From NCBI GenBank assembly GCA_965223505.1, contig CBDCWP010000030.1, positions 160,001 through 224,000 on the forward strand: a stretch of 64,000 nt of DNA. Reading direction: 5' to 3'. The translations under genes were made by a program, and so were the position numbers. Origin of the DNA: Planctomycetota bacterium (GTDB taxonomy: Bacteria > Planctomycetota > PLA2 > JAEUHO01). The notes under the pieces were generated by a model, which saw only the letters and a list, made by a program, of their open reading frames with translations, made no database searches and was not told the DNA's origin. Below are positions 47,846 to 57,758 of this stretch, piece by piece. Every line of letters begins with the position of its first letter. Position 1 is the first letter of the stretch.

Positions 47846-49243
47846 GGCAGAGCAACGTTCTTTCTGTAAATCGCTGAGCGGTTGATCAAGCGTCGTCCCT
47901 CGGCAAGTACCTCCGTCCGGTTTCCCATTCCTCGCTGATCTCGATGAGCACCGCGCTTGCGAGCCGCAGCAAGGACGCTTCGTTCGGAAACAATCCGGCG
48001 ACGCGAGTGCGGCGGCGGATCTGCTGATTCAGGTTCTCGAGGCTGTTGGTGGTGCGAAGGCGCTTGCGCTGCGCTTCGTTCAGGCCGAGATCGAACACGG
48101 TGAAGCCCTGCGGAATGTTCTCTTCGGCCCAGCGCGCCAGGTCGGGCGCGGGCTTGTCCCACTTCTTCACGAAGGCCTTGAGCTTCTCTTCGGCCTCGCG
48201 ACGCGACGTCGCATTGAACGCGGCGCGAAGGTCAGCGGCAACGTCGCGTCGAAGCTTCTGGCGCGGAACGTAGCTCTGCGCGTTCTGCTGCAGGTGGAAC
48301 TGGCAGCGCTGCCAGGCCACGCCGGCGAACCGCGCCGCCAGCGCGGCCGCAATGCCCTTGTGGCCGTCGCTGGTGATGAGCTCGACGCCGTGAAGGCCGC
48401 GATCCTGGAGAGAAGCGAGGAACTCGCGCCAATGGACCTCGGCCTCCGAGAGGCTCACGCTCGTTCCCAGCACGCTGCGCTTGCCGTGAGAATCGACGCC
48501 GATGGCGATCAGCACAGCGCAGTCGCGCACCGATCCGCCGTGGCGCACCTTCTCGTAGCGAGCGTCGAGTACGAGGTACTTGAACGCGCCGAGCGGACGT
48601 GTGCGCCAGCGCTCGAGCTCCTCGTCGAGCAGCGCAGCTGCTCGAGACACGCTCGTGGAGCTGATCTCCAGGCCGTTGCAAAGCACCTTCGTGATCGCCT
48701 CGACACGCCGCGTCGAGACGCCCTGGACGTACATCTCCGCCAGGGCCAGCGTGAGCGCTCTCTCGCTTCGCTGGCCGCGTTCGAGGCTGGAGGGGTAGAA
48801 CGTGTCGCCGCCCTCGACGTCGCGAACCTGGGGCACCTGGACGTCGATCTCGCCCAAGCGGGTTCTGACGCGCTTGCGCTTGAAGCCGTTGGCGTAGCCG
48901 CGGCGCTGATCCGTGCGTTCGTGGGGCTCGGCGCCGAGGAAGGCACTGCGTTCGACCTTCATGGCCTCGTTCACCAGCACCCGCATCGCCTCAGCCATGC
49001 CGTCGAACCCGTTCTCGCTGAGCGCTTCCAGTGCGTCGCCCCAAGGCGTACGCTGTTCGTGGTGGGTCACGTCGTTCCTCCTTTGCGTGGTGTCGTTACC
49101 TGCAAAGGTACGGCGTTGATCCGCCACTCAGTTCGCCCCGGGAGATGGCGGCGCGCCCGCTTCGCTTGAATCAGCTAGCTGATTCAAGCGAAGCGAGCGC
49201 CTCTCCTCCGGGGAGCCATTTACAGAAAGAACGGTACACCCTC
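47846..49243 (-). mobile_element. IS256-family element, copy 2 (no TSD)
   Basis: Same ends, length and transposase as copy 1; flanks CATTTGCT and GATGGGAG differ. Confidence 0.95.
47886..49127 (-). CDS. IS256-family DDE transposase
   Basis: Translation identical to 41981-43222. Confidence 0.95.
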   Translation of the reverse strand: MADQRRTFAGNDTTQRRNDVTHHEQRTPWGDALEALSENGFDGMAEAMRVLVNEAMKVERSAFLGAEPHERTDQRRGYANGFKRKRVRTRLGEIDVQVPQVRDVEGGDTFYPSSLERGQRSERALTLALAEMYVQGVSTRRVEAITKVLCNGLEISSTSVSRAAALLDEELERWRTRPLGAFKYLVLDARYEKVRHGGSVRDCAVLIAIGVDSHGKRSVLGTSVSLSEAEVHWREFLASLQDRGLHGVELITSDGHKGIAAALAARFAGVAWQRCQFHLQQNAQSYVPRQKLRRDVAADLRAAFNATSRREAEEKLKAFVKKWDKPAPDLARWAEENIPQGFTVFDLGLNEAQRKRLRTTNSLENLNQQIRRRTRVAGLFPNEASLLRLASAVLIEISEEWETGRRYLPRDDA

Positions 49244-49704
49244 GATGGGAGTGATGCGAGAGAGACTCGACCCGAACAACAGATTCGCTCAGGCCTGGTA
49301 CAGGAAACACGGACCACCTCCATGCGGTGTCCCTCGCTGTGTCTGAGGAGCGCTATCAGATCCCCACGGCTGATGACCCTCGGTGCCGTTGCGGGGGCTC
49401 TTGGCGCCTTGTACGAACCAACGAAGTTCTGAACAGCCATCTTTCGCGACTGCGCCCACCTGATGAACTTGCGGCAGCAACAGCAGAACTTATGGCGAGT
49501 CCTCGGTGCCCAGTCCTGCGCGGCGATGAAGTCCTCGAACAACGGGTAGTCCCACTCCTCGATGGGGATGTCCTCCCAAGCCGCAAACAGCGGCCTGAGC
49601 TTCTCCCGGTAGGCCCGCTGGGTAGCGGGCGCTAGCCCGTGGGCGTTTACGAGGGCGTTGAGGAACTTCTGCAAGATGTCCTGGTTGATGGTGGCGGTTG
49701 TCAT
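49244..49704 (-). pseudogene. Tyrosine integrase N-terminal (core-binding) remnant
   Basis: GLAPATQRAY, APRTR..RKFIRWA, PRVIS..LIALL resemble XerC/D-type N-domain; no catalytic motifs before IS256; AAGGA RBS. Confidence 0.7.
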
Positions 49705-49973
49705 GGCGGGTCCTTTCGGACCGCACCCGGTGTTGACGCTGGTCATGTGGAACTCTCCGTTCCACGTTCAAATACGCAGCTGGCAATCCGCCGAGACGAG
49801 GTGTGCCATGAGCTGTGCCCATTGCACTTGCCGAGTCCACGGCAGGGGGAGCCGCAGCAACGATCGAAGCGGGGGTCAGGCGAGCCGTAGATCGGCTGCA
49901 AGCCGGAGTTCCGCCACGGGGGCGGCACACCCCACGTTACGACGTGGGGTTCTGCACCTTGAAGGCGCATGAA

Positions 49974-50048
49974 TGGAGCCCCGGGTCGGGTTCGAACCGA
50001 CGACCCCCGCTTTACGAAAGCGGTGCTCTACCACTGAGCTACCAGGGC
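49974..50048 (-). tRNA. tRNA-Thr(CGT)
   Basis: GCCCTGGTAGCTCAGTGGTAGAGCACCGCTTTCGTAAAGCGGGGGTCGTCGGTTCGAACCCGACCCGGGGCTCCA folds as a cloverleaf, anticodon CGT, encoded CCA. Confidence 0.97.
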
Positions 50049-50419
50049 GCGCTCTAGAGAGGCGTAAGCTAGTGCACCGCCCGCCGGAGTCCAGAGAAGT
50101 GCGCCCCTGGTTAATGGGTCACTTTGACAAGGGGGCGGATCGGCGGCGGCAGGAGCCGTCGCAGGAACTCTTCAGTCGTGGTCGGCTTGTCCGGGGCGAA
50201 GGCGCCGCAAAGCCGGCGAGGACGCCGCGTGGTAGCCCACGTAAGGACGAGAGCGGAGCGGTCGGCAAAGCGCCGTCGAGCAACCGGCAAGCCGCTTACC
50301 CGCGCGGATCGGAAAGCTAACGCACTCCCGCCCCTGCGACGGATCTCCGTCCTGAGCAGAGGCCGCACACGGAGATATACTCGGTCTAGGCTGGTTCTCA
50401 CATGGCGATCGCTACGGCA

Positions 50420-51790
50420 ATGACCACCCGGTGTCCCCGCTGTGAGGCCCCCATCACAGGGGACTTCAAGTACTGCCCCGAGTGCGCATTCCGACTCAAG
50501 GCCGGGCCCGCGCCCGAGCCGGAGCAGGCCGCACCCCGCTGGCCGCATCTGCTCGTGCTCACCGGATTCGTCGGCCTCATCGTGCTCTTCGTCGTCCTCG
50601 GCCTGTGGATCTTCGACATGCTCGGCACCGACGACCGCGATCCGCGCGGCACCGGCTTCCGGCGCATTCCCATGGCCGACATCCTCAGCCAGATGCAGCC
50701 GCTCGAAAGCCGCATTGCGGAGTGGGTCGAACCCAAGGATCCCAATGAAGAGCCGGAGCAGCCGGTCGACGAAGACGAGCCGCTCGACGAACCCGAGACC
50801 GAAGCAGCGGAAGATCCCGTGCCGCACTTCGACCCCGTTGCCGTGAGAACCCGCAGACTTCGCATGATGCGTTTCGAGGTCACCAACGGGCAATACGCCG
50901 AGTTCCTCAGCGCGCTCGACCAGGGATCGAAACTTCCGAAAAACGTGCAGGATTGGCTCACGACGCTCTTCGAGCCCGGTACGGAAGGCGAGCGAACCTA
51001 CACCGCCGCGTACGTCGCCGCGTGGTGGGTGGCGCTCGTCAAGCATCTCGAGGAGAAGACCGGAAGCGCCCCCCCGATTCCGGGCGATCTTCCGATGACC
51101 GTCGAGGCGCTGGAGAGCAGCTCCATCCCGGCGAAGTACCGCACCCTGCTCTTCGCGCCGCCGCATTGGATCCACATCGAGAACGGCGCGTTCACCTGGC
51201 GGTTACCTGACGGCAAGGAGAACTACCCGGCAACGGGAATGGCGTTCACCGACGCGCAGACCTTCGCGTCGTGGGCCGGGGATCTGCTCGGCGTAGCGCT
51301 TCGCCTGCCGACCCTCGCCGAGTTCAAGCGGGCGGCCCACCAGGGACGTCCGTACCGCACGGCGCAGGACCCCGGTTGGAAGTGGCCCTGGGGCAACGAG
51401 TTCAACCCCTACTTCTGCAACAGCTTGAACTTCTATCCCGAGGGCGAGACGCCGGCCCTTCGGCGCGTCAATGAACGCTATGTCTGGGGCCGCGGCGTCA
51501 CGGAAGAGGGCGTCTACGGGCTGGCCGGCAATGCGCGCGAGTGGGTGCGCAACGGCGCGTACGAGTGGGTACTGACCCCCGACCCGACCGAAGACGACCC
51601 GGACCGCAAGCGCGTCGAATACTACTGGTCCCACCCCGGCGACCCCGGCGAGCACTCCTGGGCCCCCACGGCGGGCGGTTCCTACCTCATGGGTCTCGAC
51701 GAGTGCAAGGCCGAGGACTCCAAGGCGGAGCTCAAGACCTCGCGCCAGATCGACGTCGGATTCCGCCTGGTCTACGAGCCCATCATCTAG
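50420..51790 (+). CDS. Zinc-ribbon, TM, FGE-sulfatase (SUMF1) domain protein
   Basis: CPRC..FKYCPEC; FEVTNGQY, RLPTLAEF, WPWGN, LAGNAREWV, VGFRL. Confidence 0.85.
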   Translation: MTTRCPRCEAPITGDFKYCPECAFRLKAGPAPEPEQAAPRWPHLLVLTGFVGLIVLFVVLGLWIFDMLGTDDRDPRGTGFRRIPMADILSQMQPLESRIAEWVEPKDPNEEPEQPVDEDEPLDEPETEAAEDPVPHFDPVAVRTRRLRMMRFEVTNGQYAEFLSALDQGSKLPKNVQDWLTTLFEPGTEGERTYTAAYVAAWWVALVKHLEEKTGSAPPIPGDLPMTVEALESSSIPAKYRTLLFAPPHWIHIENGAFTWRLPDGKENYPATGMAFTDAQTFASWAGDLLGVALRLPTLAEFKRAAHQGRPYRTAQDPGWKWPWGNEFNPYFCNSLNFYPEGETPALRRVNERYVWGRGVTEEGVYGLAGNAREWVRNGAYEWVLTPDPTEDDPDRKRVEYYWSHPGDPGEHSWAPTAGGSYLMGLDECKAEDSKAELKTSRQIDVGFRLVYEPII

Positions 51791-51823
51791 CCCGAGCGGC
51801 TCGTCGGCGGGTACAAGACACCC

Positions 51824-52672
51824 GTGCGCATCGTCCTTGCTCTCTTCGCCCTCCTCCTGCTCGCGGGCGTCGCCATTCTCGTCGTGGCGTACTTCGAGGA
51901 GTCGGAGCCGGCTGACGAACAAGCCGTCTACGACGAGGACGAGGAGCCGGAACCGAACGACGAACCCGCGGACGCCCCTCCCGTCGTCGACGACGATGAC
52001 GATCCGCGGCGCGTACCGCGGGTGCTTCCTCCGGACGCGGCACTCGAAGACATCCGCGACGCCCTCGCTGCGAATGACGTCGATGCCCTTCAGGCGGCGT
52101 ACGAACAGCTCGGACGACTCGCTGCGAGCAAGGGACGCGTACGTACGGCGCTACGCAACCAGATCGCATCGATGGCCGACGCCGACGTGCGCGCGATCGC
52201 CATCGCCGCGATCGGGCAATCGCGGGACGACGACAACGAGGAGTGGCTCGTCTCGGTATTGACCGACAGGCGTGCCGCTCTCACCGATCGTACGTCCGCA
52301 TTGGTCGCACTCGCCACCGCGCTGGAGCCGTCCGACGAGAACTTCAAGATGCGCCACGGAGCGGTCGTCGTGCCGCTGACGGCGATCAACGAGTCCCACG
52401 CGTCGGCCATCCGATCGTTCCTCGATGAACCGGGCTCCTCGAGTCGTTCAGCGATGCTCGGCACGACGAGCGCGGAGTCCGTTGCCCTGGCGTTGATACG
52501 GAGCACGCTGGACTCGGCGGTCTACGCACGCATGATCGTTACGGACGACGGACGGCGGCGTGCGCATCTTCGCGAGCTGACTGACACGCATTGGAAGTTG
52601 CTGCGTGAAACCGCGGCCAGCTGCGAAGACCTCGACGATCAGACGAAAGACAAGATCGCGAAGGTCGAGTAA
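51824..52672 (+). CDS. Membrane-anchored HEAT-like repeat protein
   Basis: N-terminal TM, acidic linker, DADVRAIAIAAIG. Confidence 0.55.
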   Translation: MRIVLALFALLLLAGVAILVVAYFEESEPADEQAVYDEDEEPEPNDEPADAPPVVDDDDDPRRVPRVLPPDAALEDIRDALAANDVDALQAAYEQLGRLAASKGRVRTALRNQIASMADADVRAIAIAAIGQSRDDDNEEWLVSVLTDRRAALTDRTSALVALATALEPSDENFKMRHGAVVVPLTAINESHASAIRSFLDEPGSSSRSAMLGTTSAESVALALIRSTLDSAVYARMIVTDDGRRRAHLRELTDTHWKLLRETAASCEDLDDQTKDKIAKVE

Positions 52673-52675
52673 CCG

Positions 52676-52879
52676 CTAGCGCGCGAGGAATTCCTTGCTG
52701 CGAACGCGCAAGCTACGAGAGGCACGCAACGGCGTTCCCGCGGATGCGTCTTCTTTGCGCGCCATGATGCGCCGCAGCTTCTTTTCCCAAACGACCTGCA
52801 CGCACTCGCTCATGTACGGACAATTCTGCGTCCTGCACACGTAGGTCTCAGAACCGAAGCAGTCTTTTTTCTTCGCCAT
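52676..52879 (-). CDS. Small Cys4 basic protein
   Basis: DCFG....VC....CPY..EC; GAGG RBS. Confidence 0.55.
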   Translation of the reverse strand: MAKKKDCFGSETYVCRTQNCPYMSECVQVVWEKKLRRIMARKEDASAGTPLRASRSLRVRSKEFLAR

Positions 52880-53101
52880 GAAACCTCACCGATCTGCGGG
52901 CCATCGTACGGGTCGCTCGAAGCGCGCACAAGGGGCCCCGCAGCCGCCCTGCCTCTGACCCTTGATCGGCAAACGCGCGCAGTTCCTCAAGCGAAGGAAT
53001 GCCAAACAGTCCGGCCGGGCGATAGCACGATGTTACTGGGGCTCGTGGCGCGGCGCCGACGAGCGCCAGTGCGTCCCCGGCAGTGGTAGGCTGCGCGGCC
53101 C

Positions 53102-53494
53102 ATGCACCCCCACACGCACCGCATCGGCCACGACCTCGTCGAGGTCGAACGCTTCCGCAGCACGCTCGAGAAGCACGCTGACGGGCTGCGCAGGCGCGTC
53201 TTCACAGAAGGCGAATGGGAAGCGGCGTCGAAACGCCCGGACAAGGTCGCCGTGCTCGCTGCGCGTTTCGCCGCGAAGGAAGCTGCATTCAAGGCGCTGG
53301 GCACCGGGTGGGGCAAGGGTGTCAAGTGGACGGACGTCGAGGTGATCGGCGGCGAGCGCACGGCGCCTGCGTTGGTGTTGCAGGGACACGCGCACCGCAT
53401 TGCGCAAGAAGCCGGCGTGTCGCTCGAGGTGAGCATCTCGCACACCGACTCGATGGCATCGGCGGTCGTCATCGCCGCACCGCGCGCGTCGTAG
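53102..53494 (+). CDS. acpS: Holo-ACP synthase
   Basis: IGHDLVEV, ARFAAKEAAFKALGTG, VSISHT. Confidence 0.93.
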   Translation: MHPHTHRIGHDLVEVERFRSTLEKHADGLRRRVFTEGEWEAASKRPDKVAVLAARFAAKEAAFKALGTGWGKGVKWTDVEVIGGERTAPALVLQGHAHRIAQEAGVSLEVSISHTDSMASAVVIAAPRAS

Positions 53495-53519
53495 TTCGAG
53501 TCGTCGCTCGCGTCCCCCA

Positions 53520-53689
53520 CGAACAACCAGCCCCGTCGCGCGCACGCCGCGATCGTCTTCGCGGCGTGTCGCCTCCATCGAACAACCAGCCCCGCCGCGC
53601 GTGCGCCGCCACCGCTTTGGCGGCGCATCGCTCCTTCGATCGACAAGCCCGTCGCGCGCACGCCGCGATCGTCTTCGCGGCGTGTCGCC
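53520..53689. repeat. Three tandem ~58-bp hairpin-containing (REP-like) units
   Basis: 10-bp stems at 53543-53568, 53602-53627 and 53659-53684. Confidence 0.8.
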
Positions 53690-53696
53690 AGCAATT

Positions 53697-53727
53697 GAAA
53701 AGCGGGCGTCCGAAGGACGCCCGTTTC
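53697..53727 (-). terminator. Intrinsic terminator of 53760-55931 (possibly bidirectional)
   Basis: CGGGCGTCC-TTC-GGACGCCCG then CTTTT on the minus strand. Confidence 0.75.
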
Positions 53728-53759
53728 AGAGTCGTTGTCGTTGCGTTGTCGCGAACGGT

Positions 53760-55931
53760 CTAGTTCTTCGACGGCACCTGCAGGCGATGCGCGTGGAAGA
53801 TCGCGCGACGCTGCTCGGGCGTGAGGTTGCTGACCGAACCCAACGCGGCGAGCGCCGCGGCGGCAACCGCACCGTCACCGTTCGCGGCCGCGATCAGCGC
53901 GTCGACTTGCTCCGGCGTCCCGTCCATCGCCGAGAGCACGTTGCCGAGCGCGGTCGCGGCGGCGGCACGAATGTCGTCGCCTTCACCCTCGGTGAGCACC
54001 TTGACCAGCGCGTCCGCGCCACCGACCCGGATGTTGCCCAACGCGCGCGTGGCGTTGATGCGAATCTCCGGCGTCGGCGCCGACGTCGCCGCGGTCGAAA
54101 GCGGCTCGATCGCGACGTTCAGGTCGAAGCTGCGGCAGCTGAAGTCCGTCTGCGCGAACGCATCGGCGGCCATCGCGGCAAGCGCGTTCGCCCGCTCGCG
54201 ATCCGGGTTCAGATCGCCCGCTTCGGCAGCCGTCGAGATCTTCGACATCGCATCCGCCTCGACGATCGGCACCTCGATGAAGCCGGCGACCTTGTCGCCG
54301 TACTTGTCGGCGAAGAGGGACTGCACGGCGTCCTTCTTGCTCTCGGCCGTGTCCTGCAGGAGGACGACGATGCGCATGTCGCGCGTGCGGGCATCGGCGA
54401 GCAGCTCGTCGATGACCATGAGCGAGGAGAGGTGACGCTCGGCGGGGATCGTGTTGTCCTGGTCGCCGAGGTCGGCACGGACGACGATCACGTCGAGCGT
54501 GGGCGCGCCCTTGGCACGCATGACGCCCTCGGTGCCCGACGCCTCGCCGGCCGCCACGTACCCGCTGTGCGCGAGGGCCATGAGCAGCTGCGAGCGCGTC
54601 TCGTCGTCGTCGTCGATCACGAGGACCTGACGAATGGCGCTCTCGGACGCGGCCTGCGCGGCGAGCGCCGCGACCTTGTCGCTGTTGGCGACGCCGGCCT
54701 TCGGGCTCATGTGCAGGACGGCGATCGCCGCCATGTAGCGCACCCGCTTCTGCGGCGCGACGAGGGCGGAACCGATCGGGTGGTCGCCGAGCTCTTCGTC
54801 GCCGTACGTCGCGGCAACGAGCTGGCACGCGGCCGCGGCCACGTCCCAGTCACGGCGCTCGAGGCAGTTGGCGAGCGCGTCGCTGGCCGCCTGGAAGCCC
54901 TGGCTCTTGGCCAGATTGAACGCGCCGGCGAGCGCCTCGGGCGCCGAACCGCCGTTGGCGGTGATCACGTCCGACTCGACCTTCTGCGCGAGGAGCGAGG
55001 AGACGAGCAGCGCGCGGGCGGCGCCGTTGCCGGCGTCCAGGTCCAACGCGTCGGCCGCGCACTCTTCCGCCATCAGGTAGCGGTAGAGGTACGAGGGCGC
55101 CGAGTAGCTCGCGAGCGCGCCGTCTTCCCAGCGCCAGATGTTCTGCGAGTCGTCGAACGTGGCGACGACCGAGACATCGTTGCTGTAGAAGCGGCGGCCG
55201 AGGGCCACGTAGGCGTCCGCGGCGCGCATGGTCGGGCCGCCGATGTTGGCGACCGCACCCGCGGCCTTCTCCTTGACGCCGGCATCTTCGTCATTCTCGG
55301 CTGCCCGGCTCAGAGCCGGCAGTCCGCGCGGGTCCCCGATGTGACCGAGCGTCGCCGCGGCGTAGAACCGCACACGGCTGTTGTCGGACGACAGGGTCTC
55401 CGCCAGCGCCAGCGTGGCGTCGCCGCCCAGCTGGTGCAGGGTGCGCATGGCATTGACGATGGTTCCGGCGTCTTCACTCTCGAAGTACGGGTACAGGTAG
55501 GGAACCGCCAGCGCACCTGCTGGACGAAGCTGTACCTGCGCACTCCGACGACGATCAAGCGCGTCGTCCTCGACGGCTTGCTTGACCAAAGCTTGAATTG
55601 CATCCGCGTCCGACAGCTCGGTCTTGGCGGCGGGCTTGGCCTTGTCGATCAGGTAGTTGATGAGCCGCTCGTGCTCACCACCCTGAGCCATGGCGCGCAG
55701 AAGCACACGGTTGTCCGCGTCGCGAATGAGCGCGAGGACCTCGGCGTCCTCGGGGTTGCTCTTCACGTAGTTCTGCAACTTGCCCAACGCCTGCTCGTAA
55801 CGGCCGGCGGCGTAGTCTTCGAGGGCCGACTTCAGCTCGTCGGGATCCGCGTGCGCGGCACCCATCGAGCAAAGGACGAGCGCTAGAAGCGCCAGCATTC
55901 CGGTTGCGACCCGAAGGCGTACTGCCTTCAT
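53760..55931 (-). CDS. Exported HEAT-repeat protein with receiver-like domain
   Basis: Signal peptide; VRFYAAATLG and IRINATRALG HEAT repeats; VLVIDDD segment. Confidence 0.7.
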   Translation of the reverse strand: MKAVRLRVATGMLALLALVLCSMGAAHADPDELKSALEDYAAGRYEQALGKLQNYVKSNPEDAEVLALIRDADNRVLLRAMAQGGEHERLINYLIDKAKPAAKTELSDADAIQALVKQAVEDDALDRRRSAQVQLRPAGALAVPYLYPYFESEDAGTIVNAMRTLHQLGGDATLALAETLSSDNSRVRFYAAATLGHIGDPRGLPALSRAAENDEDAGVKEKAAGAVANIGGPTMRAADAYVALGRRFYSNDVSVVATFDDSQNIWRWEDGALASYSAPSYLYRYLMAEECAADALDLDAGNGAARALLVSSLLAQKVESDVITANGGSAPEALAGAFNLAKSQGFQAASDALANCLERRDWDVAAAACQLVAATYGDEELGDHPIGSALVAPQKRVRYMAAIAVLHMSPKAGVANSDKVAALAAQAASESAIRQVLVIDDDDETRSQLLMALAHSGYVAAGEASGTEGVMRAKGAPTLDVIVVRADLGDQDNTIPAERHLSSLMVIDELLADARTRDMRIVVLLQDTAESKKDAVQSLFADKYGDKVAGFIEVPIVEADAMSKISTAAEAGDLNPDRERANALAAMAADAFAQTDFSCRSFDLNVAIEPLSTAATSAPTPEIRINATRALGNIRVGGADALVKVLTEGEGDDIRAAAATALGNVLSAMDGTPEQVDALIAAANGDGAVAAAALAALGSVSNLTPEQRRAIFHAHRLQVPSKN

Positions 55932-56297
55932 GAAAGCCCTCCCTTCGACGGCGGTCCGCCCCGAAGCCTCAACCCTCCCGAGTAGCGCTTCGGACGCACC
56001 GGCATCATGCACCCTCAAAATGCGAGCAAGTCCCGGCAGAACCGGAACTTGCAGTCGCGGGAGTGTACGCCCGCCCAGATACGAGTGTCAAGAACGGCCT
56101 CACCACGGCGAGACGACCGTATCCGTCGCAAGACAAACACTTTACGCTGATTCGGTGTCGACTCGTGCGGCATCCGTACAACATTCGGGCGACTCCGATC
56201 CTGGCCGATCGTCGCGACCGGCCACGCGTTCCTTTTCCAACGCCCCGAACGCCGGGCGCGCGCGGACGGGACGCGACCATGGTCACGCCGCGCGCGT

Positions 56298-57705
56298 TCA
56301 CGGAAACAGGCGCTCGCAGAGCGCGCGTTCGACCTGCGGTCCGGCGCCGGGAACATGCACGCCCCACGGGCCCGGCAGCGGTGTGATCCAGATCCACTGG
56401 CACTGCGGCGCTTCGGCCCGGATCCTCTCCGTGCGCTTGCGCAGCTCGTCGGAGATGCCGGCCGCGCCCTTCCAGGCGCGAACGGTCGAGATCACGACGC
56501 AGGTCCCCGGGATCACGTCCCGCGCCAGGTGATGCACGTCGGCGGTCGGAACGCCCTTGGCCCGCGCCCCGTCGATGAGGACTCGGCCGCGCTCCTCGAA
56601 GTCGTCGTCGTCCAGCACCCACAGACCGCGGGTTTCGGGCCGAATCCGGTCGCCGCCGGACAGCTGGAGCGCGCGCCGGCTGACCCGCAGCACGACCTCG
56701 TCCGCGTCGGCCGTGAGGGCGCCCTGCCCCGTCTGCGCGGCGCGGCCCGTGAAGTTGGAGACGCGCACGGCGGCCCGCATCCGGGCGTGGTCCAGCTCGT
56801 CGCTCGGCTCGTCGAGCAGTCGCTCGGCGACGTGCTCCGGATTCTCGGGATAGAGGATCACGTCGCAGCCGGCGATCAGCGCCCGGCGGGACGCTTCCAC
56901 GGGCCCGCAGTCGCCCAGCACGCCGTCCATCATCATGCCGTCCGTGAACACGAGCGGCCGCGCGCCCATCGGGCCGAGCCGGTCGATGATCGGCCGGGAC
57001 AGCGTCGCGACCGCCTCGCTCGGGTCCAGCGCCGGAAACGCCGCGTGCGCGGTCATGATGCCGTGGCAGGCCTCGACGACTCGCGGGTCGAGGAACGGAA
57101 CGAGCTCGCGTGCTTCCAGGGCCGCCGCGTCGGCGACGACCTTGGGCACGGCGTCGTGACTGTCCTCCCGCGTCGCGCCGTGGCCGGGGAAGTGCTTGCC
57201 GACCGTCAGCACGCCGCCCCTGGCGGCGCCGCGCGCAAACGCCGCGCCCAGGGTCGCGACGCGACCCGCGTCCCAGCCGAAGGAACGGTTGCCGACGATG
57301 GGATTGAGCGGCTCGCTGCGCACGTCGAGCACGGGCGCGAAGAGCACGTCGATGCCGACCGAGCGCGCGTCGGCGGCGGTGATCTCGCCGAACACCTCGC
57401 ATTCGTCGGGCGACGCGGCGAGACCCCAGATGCCCGCTTCCGGCAACCGCCGAAGTCCCCTGGACTTGCTGCCCGGCGCCGCGCTCCATGTCGCTGGCGA
57501 CGAAGATCGGGCGACGCCCGGCCTTCTCTCGCAGCTGCTGCGTGAGCTTCGCAACCGTCTCGAGCTCGCCGCCGAACAGCAGGAAACCGGCGACCCATGG
57601 CTGCGACGCGCGGCGCAGGGCAACGCGCGCTTCGTGTTCTGCCTCTACGGGTTCGCGGTCGAGACGAATCGCGGGAGCGATGAGCGGCAGATCGAGTGTG
57701 GGCAC
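56298..57705 (-). CDS. nagZ: GH3 beta-N-acetylhexosaminidase (NagZ-like), apparent +1 frameshift at 57457-57460
   Basis: ASDMERG in one frame; APVLDV, NRSFG, KHFPGHG..DSH, FTDG in the next. Confidence 0.75.
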
Positions 57706-57758
57706 GCCGGAAGCCTACGCGCGACGGACGACCCGAACGGCGAAATCGGCGAGCGCGC

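Larger units (their letters stand above)
46178..49946. mobile_element. tRNA-Thr-integrated element A (internally deleted)
   Basis: Integrase remnant next to the intact tRNA; att copy at far end. Confidence 0.78.

Noticed and set aside
41941..49243. Composite transposon formed by the two direct IS256 copies
   Set aside because: Copy 1 has its own TSD, and the outer flanks (AACGTTCT, GATGGGAG) do not match.
39267..49946. Intact prophage or ICE
   Set aside because: No recognisable terminase, capsid, relaxase, T4SS or replication genes, and the integrase is truncated.
53520..53689. CRISPR array
   Set aside because: Only three degenerate units, no unique spacers of regular length, and no cas genes in the window.
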